A DNA stretch of 62,515 bases, filler included, from Nemertoderma westbladi (Eukaryota; Animalia; Xenacoelomorpha): NCBI GenBank assembly GCA_032718475.1. It is 3 parts of 3 records of this genome, joined end to end, with 100 filler letters (N's around TTAATTAATTAA, not from the genome) between each part and the next. Parts side by side here need not be neighbours in the genome. Positions count along the whole stretch, not along the records: positions 1 to 22,477 come from JAUCBJ010005575.1; positions 22,578 to 53,183 come from JAUCBJ010004866.1; 1 more part is not named here. The stretch is one strand, 5' to 3'. Below are positions 11,783 through 23,121 of this stretch, piece by piece (the stretch's first letter is position 1; every line of letters starts with the position of its first letter). Position numbers and translations under genes: made by a program. Under the pieces are notes generated by a model that saw only the letters and a program-made list of their open reading frames with translations, was not told the DNA's origin and made no database searches.

Positions 11783-12960
11783 TGTTCGCGCTTTTAGACC
11801 TTTAGCAGTTTAACCTGCCAAATTGGGATGTCTTCTAGATAATAAATCGTCTTTAGCCTATGACAAGTATTTGATACACTACATTAGCCGAAGCCAGTCT
11901 ATGCGCGACCATTCACCCGCTGGATATACCTGGGAGACTGGATTTGGAAGCCTAACCGTATTGCGGTGTAGGCCTACTGTATTATTCGACTGATCGTAAT
12001 ATATAATCTCTGACAAATATTATTCACTTTCGGGAAATATTAACAGTTCCTTTAGGACGTGGCGCTCTAAATATGTAAACAGAGTTATGACTTAAACTAG
12101 ACACAACGGGATGGCTATAGATTCACGTATATGGCGCATTCTTTAGGAGATGCTTTGTTATCAGTCACAATCATACACAATACTGCACAATGCTGCACAC
12201 CGATCTGCCGACCTTCACTAATTTTAGTCACATACAAAGAGAACAACAACCAATACATGTAGTGCCTATGAAATAGCATTAGATTCACTTCAAAACCAAT
12301 TTAATGTAAGTTGCAATCGTTATATGTAACCGGTCTCTCTTACCTTCAGTATATCAAGAAGATTGGGGGTTTGTAATTATTTATCGGTATTCCAAATATA
12401 ATAATATTCCATCAACAGATATAATGAATAACCGACAGTAAATAGCAGTAAAAATGCGGTGTTTGTAGTTGACAATATGATTAGGTGAGTGAGTTGTGAG
12501 ATGCGCTAACAGATATACGTTCTATAATTAAGCCTATTAATGTTGGGCTAAAGACTGAAAACACATAGATTCCAAAAGCCAGTCTTCTGGGCTCAGGACA
12601 AAATGCAAACATTGACCCATAATGCATTGCGCGATTTCCCGGAGGTTTCTGTACAAAAAGCAGGAGAATCGCTCTGATTGGTTGACCGAACAAAGAAACA
12701 CCAGAGAACAAGGAAAAAGCTACACGTGTACAGCTCAGCTGTTAGCTGTCGTCATAGTAACTACACTGTTTCAAGAGGATCTAGCGCATTGCGTCATAGA
12801 ATTGCTAATTATGTCCGCTAAAGTACACATACAGAAGAAATGGCTTTTTATGTCCACTAAAACACCAGTACAGTAAGGATACGGCTTTTTATGCCTGTTA
12901 AACCAATTACAGAGTACTTTGCGGGGAAAATAACCGGCTAATTCCGCAAAAGCTTTTACA
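11783..12960 (-). repeat. 3' LTR of the BEL/Pao element
   Basis: Direct repeat of 18364-19545 (about 14 substitutions and one 4-bp indel by eye). Preceded on the minus strand by the PPT-like TGGGAGCGG. Confidence 0.95.
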
Positions 12961-13038
12961 CCGCTCCCAGAAAATGGGATTTAAGTCTATAAAATATAAA
13001 AAATCACAGTTTCTAAAATATAAAAATACTCTAAACAG

Positions 13039-13416
13039 TTAGTCTTTCTTATGCGGACGGCATTTACGCAGTTTTTTGAGGCTAGCAAGAGTCCTTTTCT
13101 CTTTGGGGCGAGCCACCTTACTAGGAGGGCTGTAACTCCTGGGTGAAGGGTGCAATACAATTGCATCAGAAGGTTTAGGATTACGATCGGTGTATCCGCC
13201 GGTCGAGGTACCTGGTTGATCGATATCAACTTCAGTGGAGCGAGGTCTAACGGCCTTTAGGGCGCGTCTTAGGACAGCAGCTCCTACGGGTCCTTGATGG
13301 GTCGTCTGGACAATGGCGGTAGGTGGACCGTGAGTGGTGAGAAACTTCCTCGGTTTAATGGTTCTTTCCAGCTCGCGTTCTCGGGCTCGATATTCGTAGG
13401 GCCGTCGAGATACTTC
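13039..13416 (-). pseudogene. C-terminal remnant of a 3' accessory ORF of the BEL element (not in the ORF track)
   Basis: Stop-free frame EVSRRPYEYRARERELERT...KPSDAIVLHPSPRSYSPPSKVARPKEKRTLASLKKLRKCRPHKKD* running from the deletion junction. A homologous tail ends at 60315. Confidence 0.6.
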
Positions 13417-16296
13417 CTTGTCTGAGGCAATTATAACACAACCGCTTATCCCACATGACTTCCCGTCTCTCCGTTAATGATTTCTTCAGGAATTCATCAC
13501 ACATATTCAAACGGTGGGTCCCGTCACATAGCACACATTTCGGTTTGATGTTACTTACTTTATTTTGAATAACATTGTGCACACTCGTTCTTTCTTCGAG
13601 CTTTCTCACCTGAATTCTCTTAGGAGACGTAGGAGGAGTTTTTCTTACCTGCTCTCTCCTGTCATTGGTTCGAGACTTGAATTTACTTACCTGTTCTTTA
13701 GGCGTTTTATTGACATAATAAGATCTTTCAGTGTCTTTCCCGCTATCCTCTCCTTGAGAAGTCTGGCTTTCGCGTCGTCGGTATAACACACTGGTGTTAC
13801 TTTTCTCCTAGAAACGGGTTTCTCACTTACCTTGTTTTCCGGTGTCTTCTCTCTGGACTGCTTTAGGAGCTGTAATTTCACTTCTCCATCTAAGAATGAC
13901 ATGAGATCAGCCATGGTAGGGTCTCGTCGTTGTTGTTCCATCATATATAACACTTTCTTATCCCAGCGTGTACCTACTCCACCCTTCGGTAAAGTAGAAG
14001 CCACGGCTCCAATAACCATAGAACTCTGATATTCATGAGACTTACCTAGCCAATCTAATTGTCTACAGATCTCTTGAATCTCATCGGAAAACTCTATTAT
14101 CCCGCTGCTAATGAACTTTCGGGGCGCTACTAATTTTGCATACAAATATTTAGCTATGTTATTCCTATTACCATACCTGATGTTTAGTGTATCCCAAACT
14201 TGTCTTATTCCATCTGGATGTCCAATAAACTTTAACGCCATTAACTTGGGAGATCCTTCCAAGCACTCGATGAGGAATCTAAGTTTCTCTCCATTTGATA
14301 GCACAGAGTTCTGTATGTTATCTTTGTAATATTCATTAAAAGGTAACCATTTCATCTCATCTCCATTGAACTTGACTATCTCTCCCACCTTTACCGCTTG
14401 ACGGGCTTCGGTTCTAGCCATTTGGCGCGTAAAACTTTCTTGGGCCATCGTGTTATTTAATATCGAGTTATCGGTATATAAATTTCTCGGATTATTATCA
14501 AGTCTATATGGAATATCATTGTCAACAGGTTTATAATTACCCTTAATAGGGTTTACTATAGGAGTTTCCACTTCGCTAGCAGTATAGATGCGTGTAGGCT
14601 CCACACCTTGCGCATGAAATACTTCAGACCTAACAGGTTGACACATTGTTACAGGGGGTGGTGGTATACCCTTTTGTGTATTTACTAATTTATCGCGTTC
14701 TAACGCGATACTTTGCTGCACTTCTTGCAACTCTAACCTACTTTCCCTTACTGTGCCCTTGAACTGCTTAACAGTCTCCTGCATCTGCCCGAGCAGGAGA
14801 TCCATCCCCCGCCGTCTCTCATCCACCCACTCGACCGCCGATGCGGGAGCCGCCAACGTTGTAGCGGGCGGACGAGGGACAATGGGCGACAAATCATTAA
14901 TATTTCGCTCGGAGTCCAAGACATAAACTGTCTCATGGGCTGTTCTGCTGGGCACAGGTAGCTTAGTGCTATGCAAAGAGAATTTAGAGGTAGGTTCTGG
15001 GAGTACAGGTGTCTCTGTCACCGAAGGGGTGGCTTCGAGAACAGGCCTAATTATTTCAGGCTCATCTACTATAGTAGGAGTCTGTCTATTTTAATAATTT
15101 GGTCTATAGGTTCTGTACTACCTAAGTCTGTGCTAGTTAGTTGTTTTCGAACAGCTAGGGACAAATCAGGCAATATCTGACGGTGGGACATTCTTCTACG
15201 TCTGCTGAGACGAGATCTATTTCCTCGACCTTCAGTATCGGTGGTATCGCCTTCCTCAGATGATGTATATCCCTGTCTTTTGGGAGTAGATCGATTCATC
15301 ATCTGCATATTACTAGCTGTTAACTGTTTATTTATGCAGTCTTGATTCTCTTGAATATTTTCCAACTCTAGTTGGGTGGTCTCTTCAGATGCTCTTCTTT
15401 CTGCTTCTGCCACTGCTCGCTTTCTTTCCGCTTCTACTGCTGCTGCTGCCGCTTTTCTTTCTGATTCTGCCGCTGCCGCTTTTGCCTCTGCCGCTTTTCT
15501 ATCCACTTCTGCCGCTTTTCTTTCTGCTTCTGCCTCTGCTGCTGCCGCTGCTGCTATCTTTCTGTCTTCTATACGTTTTTTCTTTACTTGTTCTTCTTCG
15601 ACTCTAGTGATGCGGAGGCGTTCATCAAATTTAGCTTGGTTTGCAGCTCTCATATCCGCATCGATTGCGTCCAACACAAGCTTGGCTCCTTCACTATTAG
15701 GGCTAAGCCCCTCCAGCCTTCTCCAGCCAGCCTCCAGCCATCCTGTGTATGTCTTCCCAGGCAGCTTCCGATAAGTCAAACGGGAGTCCGGGTCCGGGGA
15801 AGTTCCATTGCGACTCGACAATAGACTTCAGTTCTTCCCTTGTGTATCCCGCATAACTATCCTTAGTCGATCGCTTACTTCTCGCCCAATCAATCTGGTG
15901 TTCCTCCACCGCAATCAATAACCTAGTGAGTACGGCTGCGGGAAGGATGAGAAGGGGGTCCGAATAAACTGCATCTGTCATCTTTGCTCCGTGCTCGGGT
16001 GTCAGATCTACAGTATCCGCACTACTGGAGCTGTCGGGCCGCTGAGAAATAAGTTCTCGGCTCACGGGTTGTTGCTGTTCCGCTGCTTCTTGGTCCCGCT
16101 TGACCTGAGCTCTAGTGCCTATGACAGACCTACGGTGTTGGACCAGCCTAGGGTCTGATATTACTACTGGGGGAATGATCTTTCTTACAGTAGGAGGTGA
16201 GTTGAACTTCGGTCTCACACGTTCCACACTCCTGTCTGGGTCACAGATGGTTGTATCTAGGAGACTGTCTGACAGGTTTTGCTTGGTGTCAGACAT
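13355..16296 (-). pseudogene. gag: BEL/Pao Gag in four fragments (15703-16296, 15069-15821, 13687-15021, 13355-13789)
   Basis: DUF1759-like core KFNGDEMKWLPF...LSNGEKLRFLIECLEG...WDTLNIRYG and BEL knuckles CVLCDGTHRLNMC / RLCYNCL. Long N-terminal extension with an Ala/Glu/Lys coiled coil. Confidence 0.85.
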
Positions 16297-16409
16297 GTTT
16301 GTTTGTACAGTTGAATGCCTACTGCTATGTTGCAGTTAAAGCAAATCTAGTAATTCAGTATCAACTGATAGCCTAGTAATTAATTACCGATATCGTCACT
16401 GAATGTAAC

Positions 16410-16800
16410 TTGATATATATATAATATATTAGAATACCGGTATGCTTATAGTATATATAAGTATTATTACAGACTAGGTTTGTCACAGAATACCGGTATA
16501 TAATTTTAGCACAAATATATATAAATATATAATAGGCCTATCGTGAATTCCGGTATACAGTTTACACTTATAGTATATATAAGTATAATTATGGACTAGA
16601 ATTAATTACAGAATACCGGTATAATTTCAGCCTAAATTTATAAATATATAATAGGCCTATCGTGAATACCGGTATACAGCTTACACTTATAGTATATATA
16701 TAAGTATAATTACAGACTAGAATTGATTACAGAATACCGGTATGATTTCAGCCTAAATTTATAGAAATAAATATAATAAGCCTATGGTAAATACCGGTAT
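16410..16800. repeat. AT-rich tandem repeat (about 120-bp period) in the BEL 5' UTR
   Basis: CTTATAGTATATATA recurs at about 16445, 16567 and 16687. (G)AATACCGGTAT recurs about every 60 bp. Confidence 0.8.
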
Positions 16801-18363
16801 GTCAATTATTTTGGAATAATTGAATTTCTGAATTTTAGGGGTTACTTGGTTACTTTAACTTACTTTATTACCGTTATTTAAGCAGTAGTCCAACTGATAT
16901 TAAGACCTAATTGTTGTATGGCAGGCCTACTATTTATAAATCGTTTGAGTTGATTTATAATATATATACCCGTTTTAATGGGTTTTTGTCAATATTTGAA
17001 ATAAATGTTATTATTTCTGGGGGGAGTCACTACACAGAAGCTGTGCGCTCTCAGTGAAGTGCTACTTGTTGGACACTAAAACAAATAATTCTAATTTACC
17101 TAAGTTACTTAATATTACAAATTACGTACAATTCTGGGTGAGATTACAATCTCTAAATAAACACAAAAATTTACAAGTACGAATTTTTAGGGTAATTTTA
17201 CAAGAAGTCTACAAACCAGCCTAACAAAGGGTTAGAAAATCTGGTTATTACAACGGACAGGGTACTACGGTATTTGAAAATAATAAGTAGTAGTAAATAT
17301 ACTGTGTTGTCCAGATAGGAAAATACCACCGTCTGACGACTTATAGCCGTATCGCTATAAGTACTACGTTATGTATCACGGAGTGTTCCTACCTAGAAGT
17401 TAATTACCGCGGTCTACCAGAACCAACGTGCCTATTAACCACTTTACAACACAAATATACTGCCTACACACTAATTACCTTCGGAAAGCGCTGTACACTA
17501 AACCCTAAATTAGGTACAAGTACTTATACAACCAATAATCAGTAGTTAAAAATACTTGAACAGCTAAAAGAACCACGGTATCTGCTGGAGTGACCGGGGC
17601 ACAAAATCACCAGTCTTTACCTACTCCAAGCAGCCCTGATGTAGTACCGGGGATAGTTTAACTATAACGGTATATATAACAAGCACAATTACTGTAGGAA
17701 TTAACTTGGGGATATGAATGTTGCGAATAATTGCATAAACTCTGAATAATAAATATTACGCTACGCGTACAGACTACTCAAACAAAATGCAGACCAAATG
17801 CTGACAGACTACTATCAAGCCTAAACAAACTACGGTATATGCAGACTCCGAAATGGTTAGTTAGTATGCGTTCTAACCGAGTAGTACGACTTATTCTTTT
17901 GAGGGGGTTTACCTCACAGCTCTGGCAGCCCCTACTTTCCTAACTAGTACTTTTTCGGACATACGCTCTACACACACTACAGTCCCTTCAGACTTAACAA
18001 CAGTCAGACAACAGTCCAGCCTACAAATTATATGTACAATCTGAGCAGGCTTACACGCCTTCTGCTCAATATTGGCCTACAAATAAATAAAACTGACAGA
18101 AATAAGTAAAATCCCAATAAAAACCAGGCGTCCCCGATTACTTATTAAGACCTACCGGTATATAATTATCAAAATCGAATAATACTGCTGTACCTGTACT
18201 GCTGTAAGTACTGGTCCGGGTGGTTAGGTAGTCAAGCCTACTGGGTACCGGTTGCCGGTACTTCAGCTTTATTGCCTACCGCAATACAGAAGCTATATCT
18301 GTTATTGTTCTTACCAGAACAATAGACAACTATATCTTCCAATTGTACGTATATATCTGTTAT

Positions 18364-19545
18364 TGTTCGCGCTTTTAGACCTTTAGCAGTTTAACCTGCC
18401 AAATTGGGATGTCTTCTAGATAATAAATCGTCTTTAGCCTATGACAAGTATTTGATACACTACATTAGCCGAAGCCAGTCTATTCGCGACCATTCACCCG
18501 CTGGATATACCCAGGAGACTGGATTCGGAAGCCTAACCGTATTGCGGTGTAGGCCTACTGTATTATTCGACTGATCGTAATATATAATCTCTGACAAATA
18601 TTATTCACTTTCGGGAAATATTAACAGTTCCTTTAGGACGTGGCGCTCTAAATATGTAAACAGAGTTATGACTTAAACTAGACACAACGGGATAGCTATA
18701 GATTCACGTATATGGCGCATTCTTTAGGAGATGCTTTGTTATCAGTCACAATCATACACAATACTGCACAATGCTGCACACCGATCTGCCGACCTTCACT
18801 AATTTTATTCACATACAAAGAGAACAACAACCAATACATGTAGTGCCTATGAAATAGCATTAGATTCACTTCAAAACCACTTTAATGTAAGTCGCAATCG
18901 TTATATGTAACCGGTCTCTCTTACCTTCAGTATATCAAGAAGATTGAGGGTTTGTAATTATTTATCGGTATTCCAAATATAATAATATTCCATCAACAGA
19001 TATAATGAATAACCGACAGTAAATAGCAGTAAAAATGCGGTGTTTGTAGTTGACAATATGATTAGGTGAGTGAGTTGTGAGATGCGCTAACAGATATACG
19101 TTCTATAATTAAGCCTATTAATGTTGGGCTAAAGACTGAAAACACAGAGATTCCAAACAAAAGCCGGTCTTCTGGGCTCAGGACAAAATGCAAACATTGA
19201 CCCATAATGCATTGCGCGATTTCCTGGAGGTTTCTGTACAAAAAGCAGGAGAATCGCTCTGATTGGTTGACCGAACAAAGAAACACCAGAGAACAAGGAA
19301 AAAGCTACACCTGTACAGCTCAGCTGTTAGCTGTCGTCATAGTAACTACACTGTTTCAAGAGGATCTAGCGCATTGCGTCATAGAATTGCTAATTATGTC
19401 CGCTAAAGTACACATACAGAAGAAATGGCTTTTTATGTCCCCTAAAACACCAGTACAGTAAGGATACGGCTTTTTATGCCTGTTAAACCAATTACAGAGT
19501 ACTTTGCGGGGAAAATAACCGGCTAATTCCGCAAAAGCTTTTACA
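18364..19545 (-). repeat. 5' LTR of the BEL/Pao element
   Basis: Direct repeat of 11783-12960, lying upstream of gag on the minus strand. Confidence 0.95.
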
Positions 19546-19612
19546 ACCTCCCTTCCATCTGTAATGCTCTAGCCCGTTCATATTTAAGTTTTTAAGTAAC
19601 GTTGTACAACCC

Positions 19613-21619
19613 TGTTAAACAGGGGCGATCAGGAGCGCGCTATTACTACTGCACAACTGCTAAACACAAAACCGCTACTTACCGTTGGATGGCGCTAACC
19701 TGCCGTCCGCTAATATATTTTACTAATTTTTATACGGCTCCTGCAAATCGCTTGTTCCTTTCTCTACCGATCACTCGATAGAGAGCTAACTGTTCGAATC
19801 TATGAGCCACGCAGGAATAACCAAAACAATAAACCCGAATCGGCTCCCTAAGCTACTTAAAACGAGTGTTAGAGGCTTGCCACTCAGAGTATATTCTTGT
19901 CGCCTAATCTTACTGCTAAAATGCGCAAATAAGCGCGTTTTTTCTAATCGCAAATACTGGGGTTCCCTAACGGAATATGTGAATGTGAGAATATTTAAAT
20001 AACTCAAAATGGGACCGAATGTCCTATCGGGGACCGGTGCCGTGGGTCTAAACTTGCCTTCGGCTGGCTTTAGGCCAGCAATTTACTACTGCGTACTGGA
20101 TACTGCTATCTAGCTTATTGTCCGCTAAATTCAAATAACCGCCCAGCGTGAATAGTTTACAGTACTCCAAATTATTACTTTAACTACTCTCCGCTATGCT
20201 GCGTACAAATTCTTAATTTTACTAATTAATTACAGTCACAAATATAAAACAGCGTACTAATTACTAAGTGTTCCAGAATGCGCAATTCTAATTTATTACG
20301 CAACGGGTTACACTAGTAACAGCCTAAATACCGTATTAATTTTGCCTAATCAGTAATTATTTATCGTAAACTAAGAAATAGAAATCAATCAAGTGAAAAG
20401 GGCGCCTATCTAAGCATTCATAATTTAATCAGGCACACTTTAGCAACACACCAATCAGCGTAACAATCAATAGTCAATACTTCCAAATTTGTAGTTCCCA
20501 ATGTACCATTTACAGTCTGCAGTTCGCAATGTAAAGCACGAAGGCCTCTCCCGGGTACATGTAGGCTTCCTAACTAACCCGATTCCTGCCCCCCTAATAC
20601 TACAAAATAGAGACAAAATCTGGATCATCAGCCCCCTAATTACTGTACCAGCGATCAGTCTTCCCTCTACACTGCTAGCCCTCCGACCGCAACGGTGACC
20701 CCCCGCCAGCGTTGCTTGCCTTTGAATCCTCCGCACTCCCTTCATCGCTACACCCCAGTGCGCCCGTCGCGCCTACCGGTACCTTAGCCCTCCATTTAAT
20801 GAGTAGCTACCGAAACGGGGCATGCAATCACACAGTCTGACAGTCTAAAGAAATCCCGTGGGATTATCGCATCTTAATCACATAGAACCATTAATCAAAG
20901 GGTAGAAATCATAGTTCTGATTGTAATTGGCAGTAATCATTGAGATCGATTAAGAATCACAGCAAGAAATAAGCAGAAATTACAAATTTGCGAATTATTG
21001 CAAGAAAACAAATGGAAATACAGAATACACAGATTGAGAATCAAAAGAATAGTGAGATTGAGAGATTATGCACAAAAACTGAGATTAGTGAGATGCACCT
21101 ACCGGAAATACAGCCGATTTATAGGTGATTCATAAAGGATGATGCAATAATCCTCTGATTGGTTCCCCAATCCGCGCTACCATTAGACCAACCTGGAAGC
21201 AGCTAGGCCAATAAGGAAGCCGGATTGTGAACCTATTCCTCCTTGGAATCACAAATTACCACCATATATGGTAATTTTGGCGTTGCTTAATTTAGCGGTA
21301 CTAAAAATACGGTACATGAAATTTAATTTAGCGCAAATATAAAAGAAATTAAAACAAATCTACAGTTAGTCCTATTGAAGCTAATAACAGCAAGCTTATA
21401 TCAAGGGTTTCATAGGAAACTTGATACCGTGGAACTATTTACTTATATTTTACTACAAAATTACATAGGTAGGACTACATACTGTATAAAATGGATAGAT
21501 TCACAAATATGGGCGTTTTATTTTCCTTATCTAAATATAATCGCGCGTCTTTATGGCTTATCTAAATAATTATACTGTATGATGGCTAATATAGGTACAC
21601 AGCGCCATATATCGTAACA
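19613..21619. mobile_element. Solo LTR, 2007 bp, of a third family
   Basis: TGTTA...TAACA termini. 5-bp TSD AACCC (19608-19612 / 21620-21624). No retroelement coding motifs. Removing it restores a satellite unit. Confidence 0.85.
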
Positions 21620-22477
21620 AACCCCCTTCCATCTGTAATGCTCTAGCCCGTTCATATTTAAGTTTTTAAGTAATGTTGTACGTACAACCCCCCTTCCATC
21701 TGTAATGCTCTAGCCGTTCATATTTAAGTTTTTAAGTAATGTTGTACGTACAACCCCCCTTCCATCTGTAATGCTCTAGCCCGTTCATATTTAAGTTTTT
21801 AAGTAATGTTGTACGTACAACCCCCATTCCCTCTGTAATGCTCTAGCCCGTTCCTATTTAAGTATTTAAGTAATGTTGTACGTACAACCCCCCTTCCATC
21901 TGTAATGCTCTAGCCCGTTCATATTTAAGTTTTTAAGTAATGTTGTACGTACAACCCCCCTTCCCTCTGTAATGCTCTAGCCCGTTCATAATTAAGTTTT
22001 TAAGTAATGTTGTACGTACTGTACAACCCCCCCACCCCCTTCCATCTGTAATGCTCTAGCCCGATCATATGAACGTTTTGAAGTAATGTTGTACGTACTG
22101 TACAACCCCCCTTCCATCTGTAATGATTTAGCCCGTTCATATGAAAGTTTTGAAGGAATGTTGTACAACCCCCTTCCATCTGTAATGCTCTAGCCCATTC
22201 ACATGAAAGTTTTAAAGTAGTGTTTTACGTACAACCCCCCTTCCATCTGTAATGCTCTAGCCCGTTCATATTTAAGATTTTAAGTAATGTTGTACGTACA
22301 AACCCCCTTCCATCTGTAATGCTCTAGCCCGTTCATATTTAAGTTTTTAAGTAACGTTGTACAACCCCCTTCCATCTGTAATGGTCTAGCCCGTTCATAT
22401 TTAAGTTTTTAAGTAATGTTGTACGTACAACCCCCCTTCCATCTGTAATGCTCTAGCCCGTTCATATTTAAGTTTTT

Positions 22478-22577
22478 NNNNNNNNNNNNNNNNNNNNNNN
22501 NNNNNNNNNNNNNNNNNNNNNTTAATTAATTAANNNNNNNNNNNNNNNNNNNNNNNNNNNNNNNNNNNNNNNNNNNN
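22478..22577. other. Assembly gap with artificial TTAATTAATTAA spacer
   Basis: 100-nt N block with a central six-frame stop linker, identical to 53184-53283. Confidence 0.98.
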
Positions 22578-22772
22578 CCCTCCCCTATCTGAAATTTTTA
22601 AGTTCTGATAATTTTTTAAATTTTTCAGAAATTAAATTGATCTTGCAGATAAACTATAGATTTTAGAGTAAACATAATTATTCAGTCAGTATGAGATGAG
22701 GTGGGACATTTTCTCACACCTCCAAATCCCGCGAAACATATTATAATTAATATAATGTGATATTTCCAATAC

Positions 22773-23121
22773 AATTTTATTTATTTGTGTGGAATTAATT
22801 TCGCACTACCAAATCGCCAGGGCGACATATTTTCCAGCTTTACATCGCAGTGTGACAATATTTCTCAGTATGACCCTACGCCATGCATTTTACTATGTAT
22901 GTCCAGTATGTCACTGCGTCATTATTTGGTTGTTCTAGAAAGTTTGAGTTCATAACTACAAATAATTCCCCACAAATAAATAAAATTAGATTCGTCATTG
23001 TTCATAATTAGCACATTAAAGCTTTTACGGCCCTCGTTCTATTATTTCACTCACTGTCGCTAGGGAAACAAAATCACTCGTGCTGTAACGCTATAAAAGT
23101 TATATTTTATGAACAATGACG
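22773..23121. repeat. Two adjacent inverted-repeat modules (probable non-autonomous DNA element)
   Basis: 22773-22797 pairs with 22963-22987. CGTCATTGTTCATAA (22993-23007) pairs with TTATGAACAATGACG (23107-23121). Confidence 0.6.

Larger units (their letters stand above)
11783..19545 (-). mobile_element. BEL/Pao LTR retrotransposon, internally deleted (no pol), 7763 bp
   Basis: Two LTRs of about 1.18 kb, TGTTCGCG...CTTTTACA. 5-bp TSD ACCTC (11778-11782 / 19546-19550). BEL-type gag and zinc knuckles; no RT, RNase H or integrase motifs. Confidence 0.93.
2962..22477. repeat. 67-bp satellite array in four segments (2962-3190, 7876-11782, 19546-19612, 21620-22477), split by three LTR insertions and running into a gap
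   Basis: Unit ATCTGTAATGCTCTAGCCCGTTCATATTTAAGTTTTTAAGTAATGTTGTACGTACAACCCCCCTTCC, with 62-63-bp variants lacking one GTAC. About 5 kb in total, roughly 75 units. Confidence 0.97.

Noticed and set aside
12481-12876. Small ORFs repeated at 19062-19461
   Set aside because: They recur only because they lie in the two LTRs. They are not preserved in the related LTR at 59044-60236.
15376-15824. Ala/Ser- and Leu-rich plus-strand ORFs
   Set aside because: Antisense shadows of the low-complexity coiled-coil region of gag.
22522-22533. TTAATTAATTAA inside N runs (also at about 53228)
   Set aside because: Artificial scaffolding linker. Adjacency across these gaps is not guaranteed.
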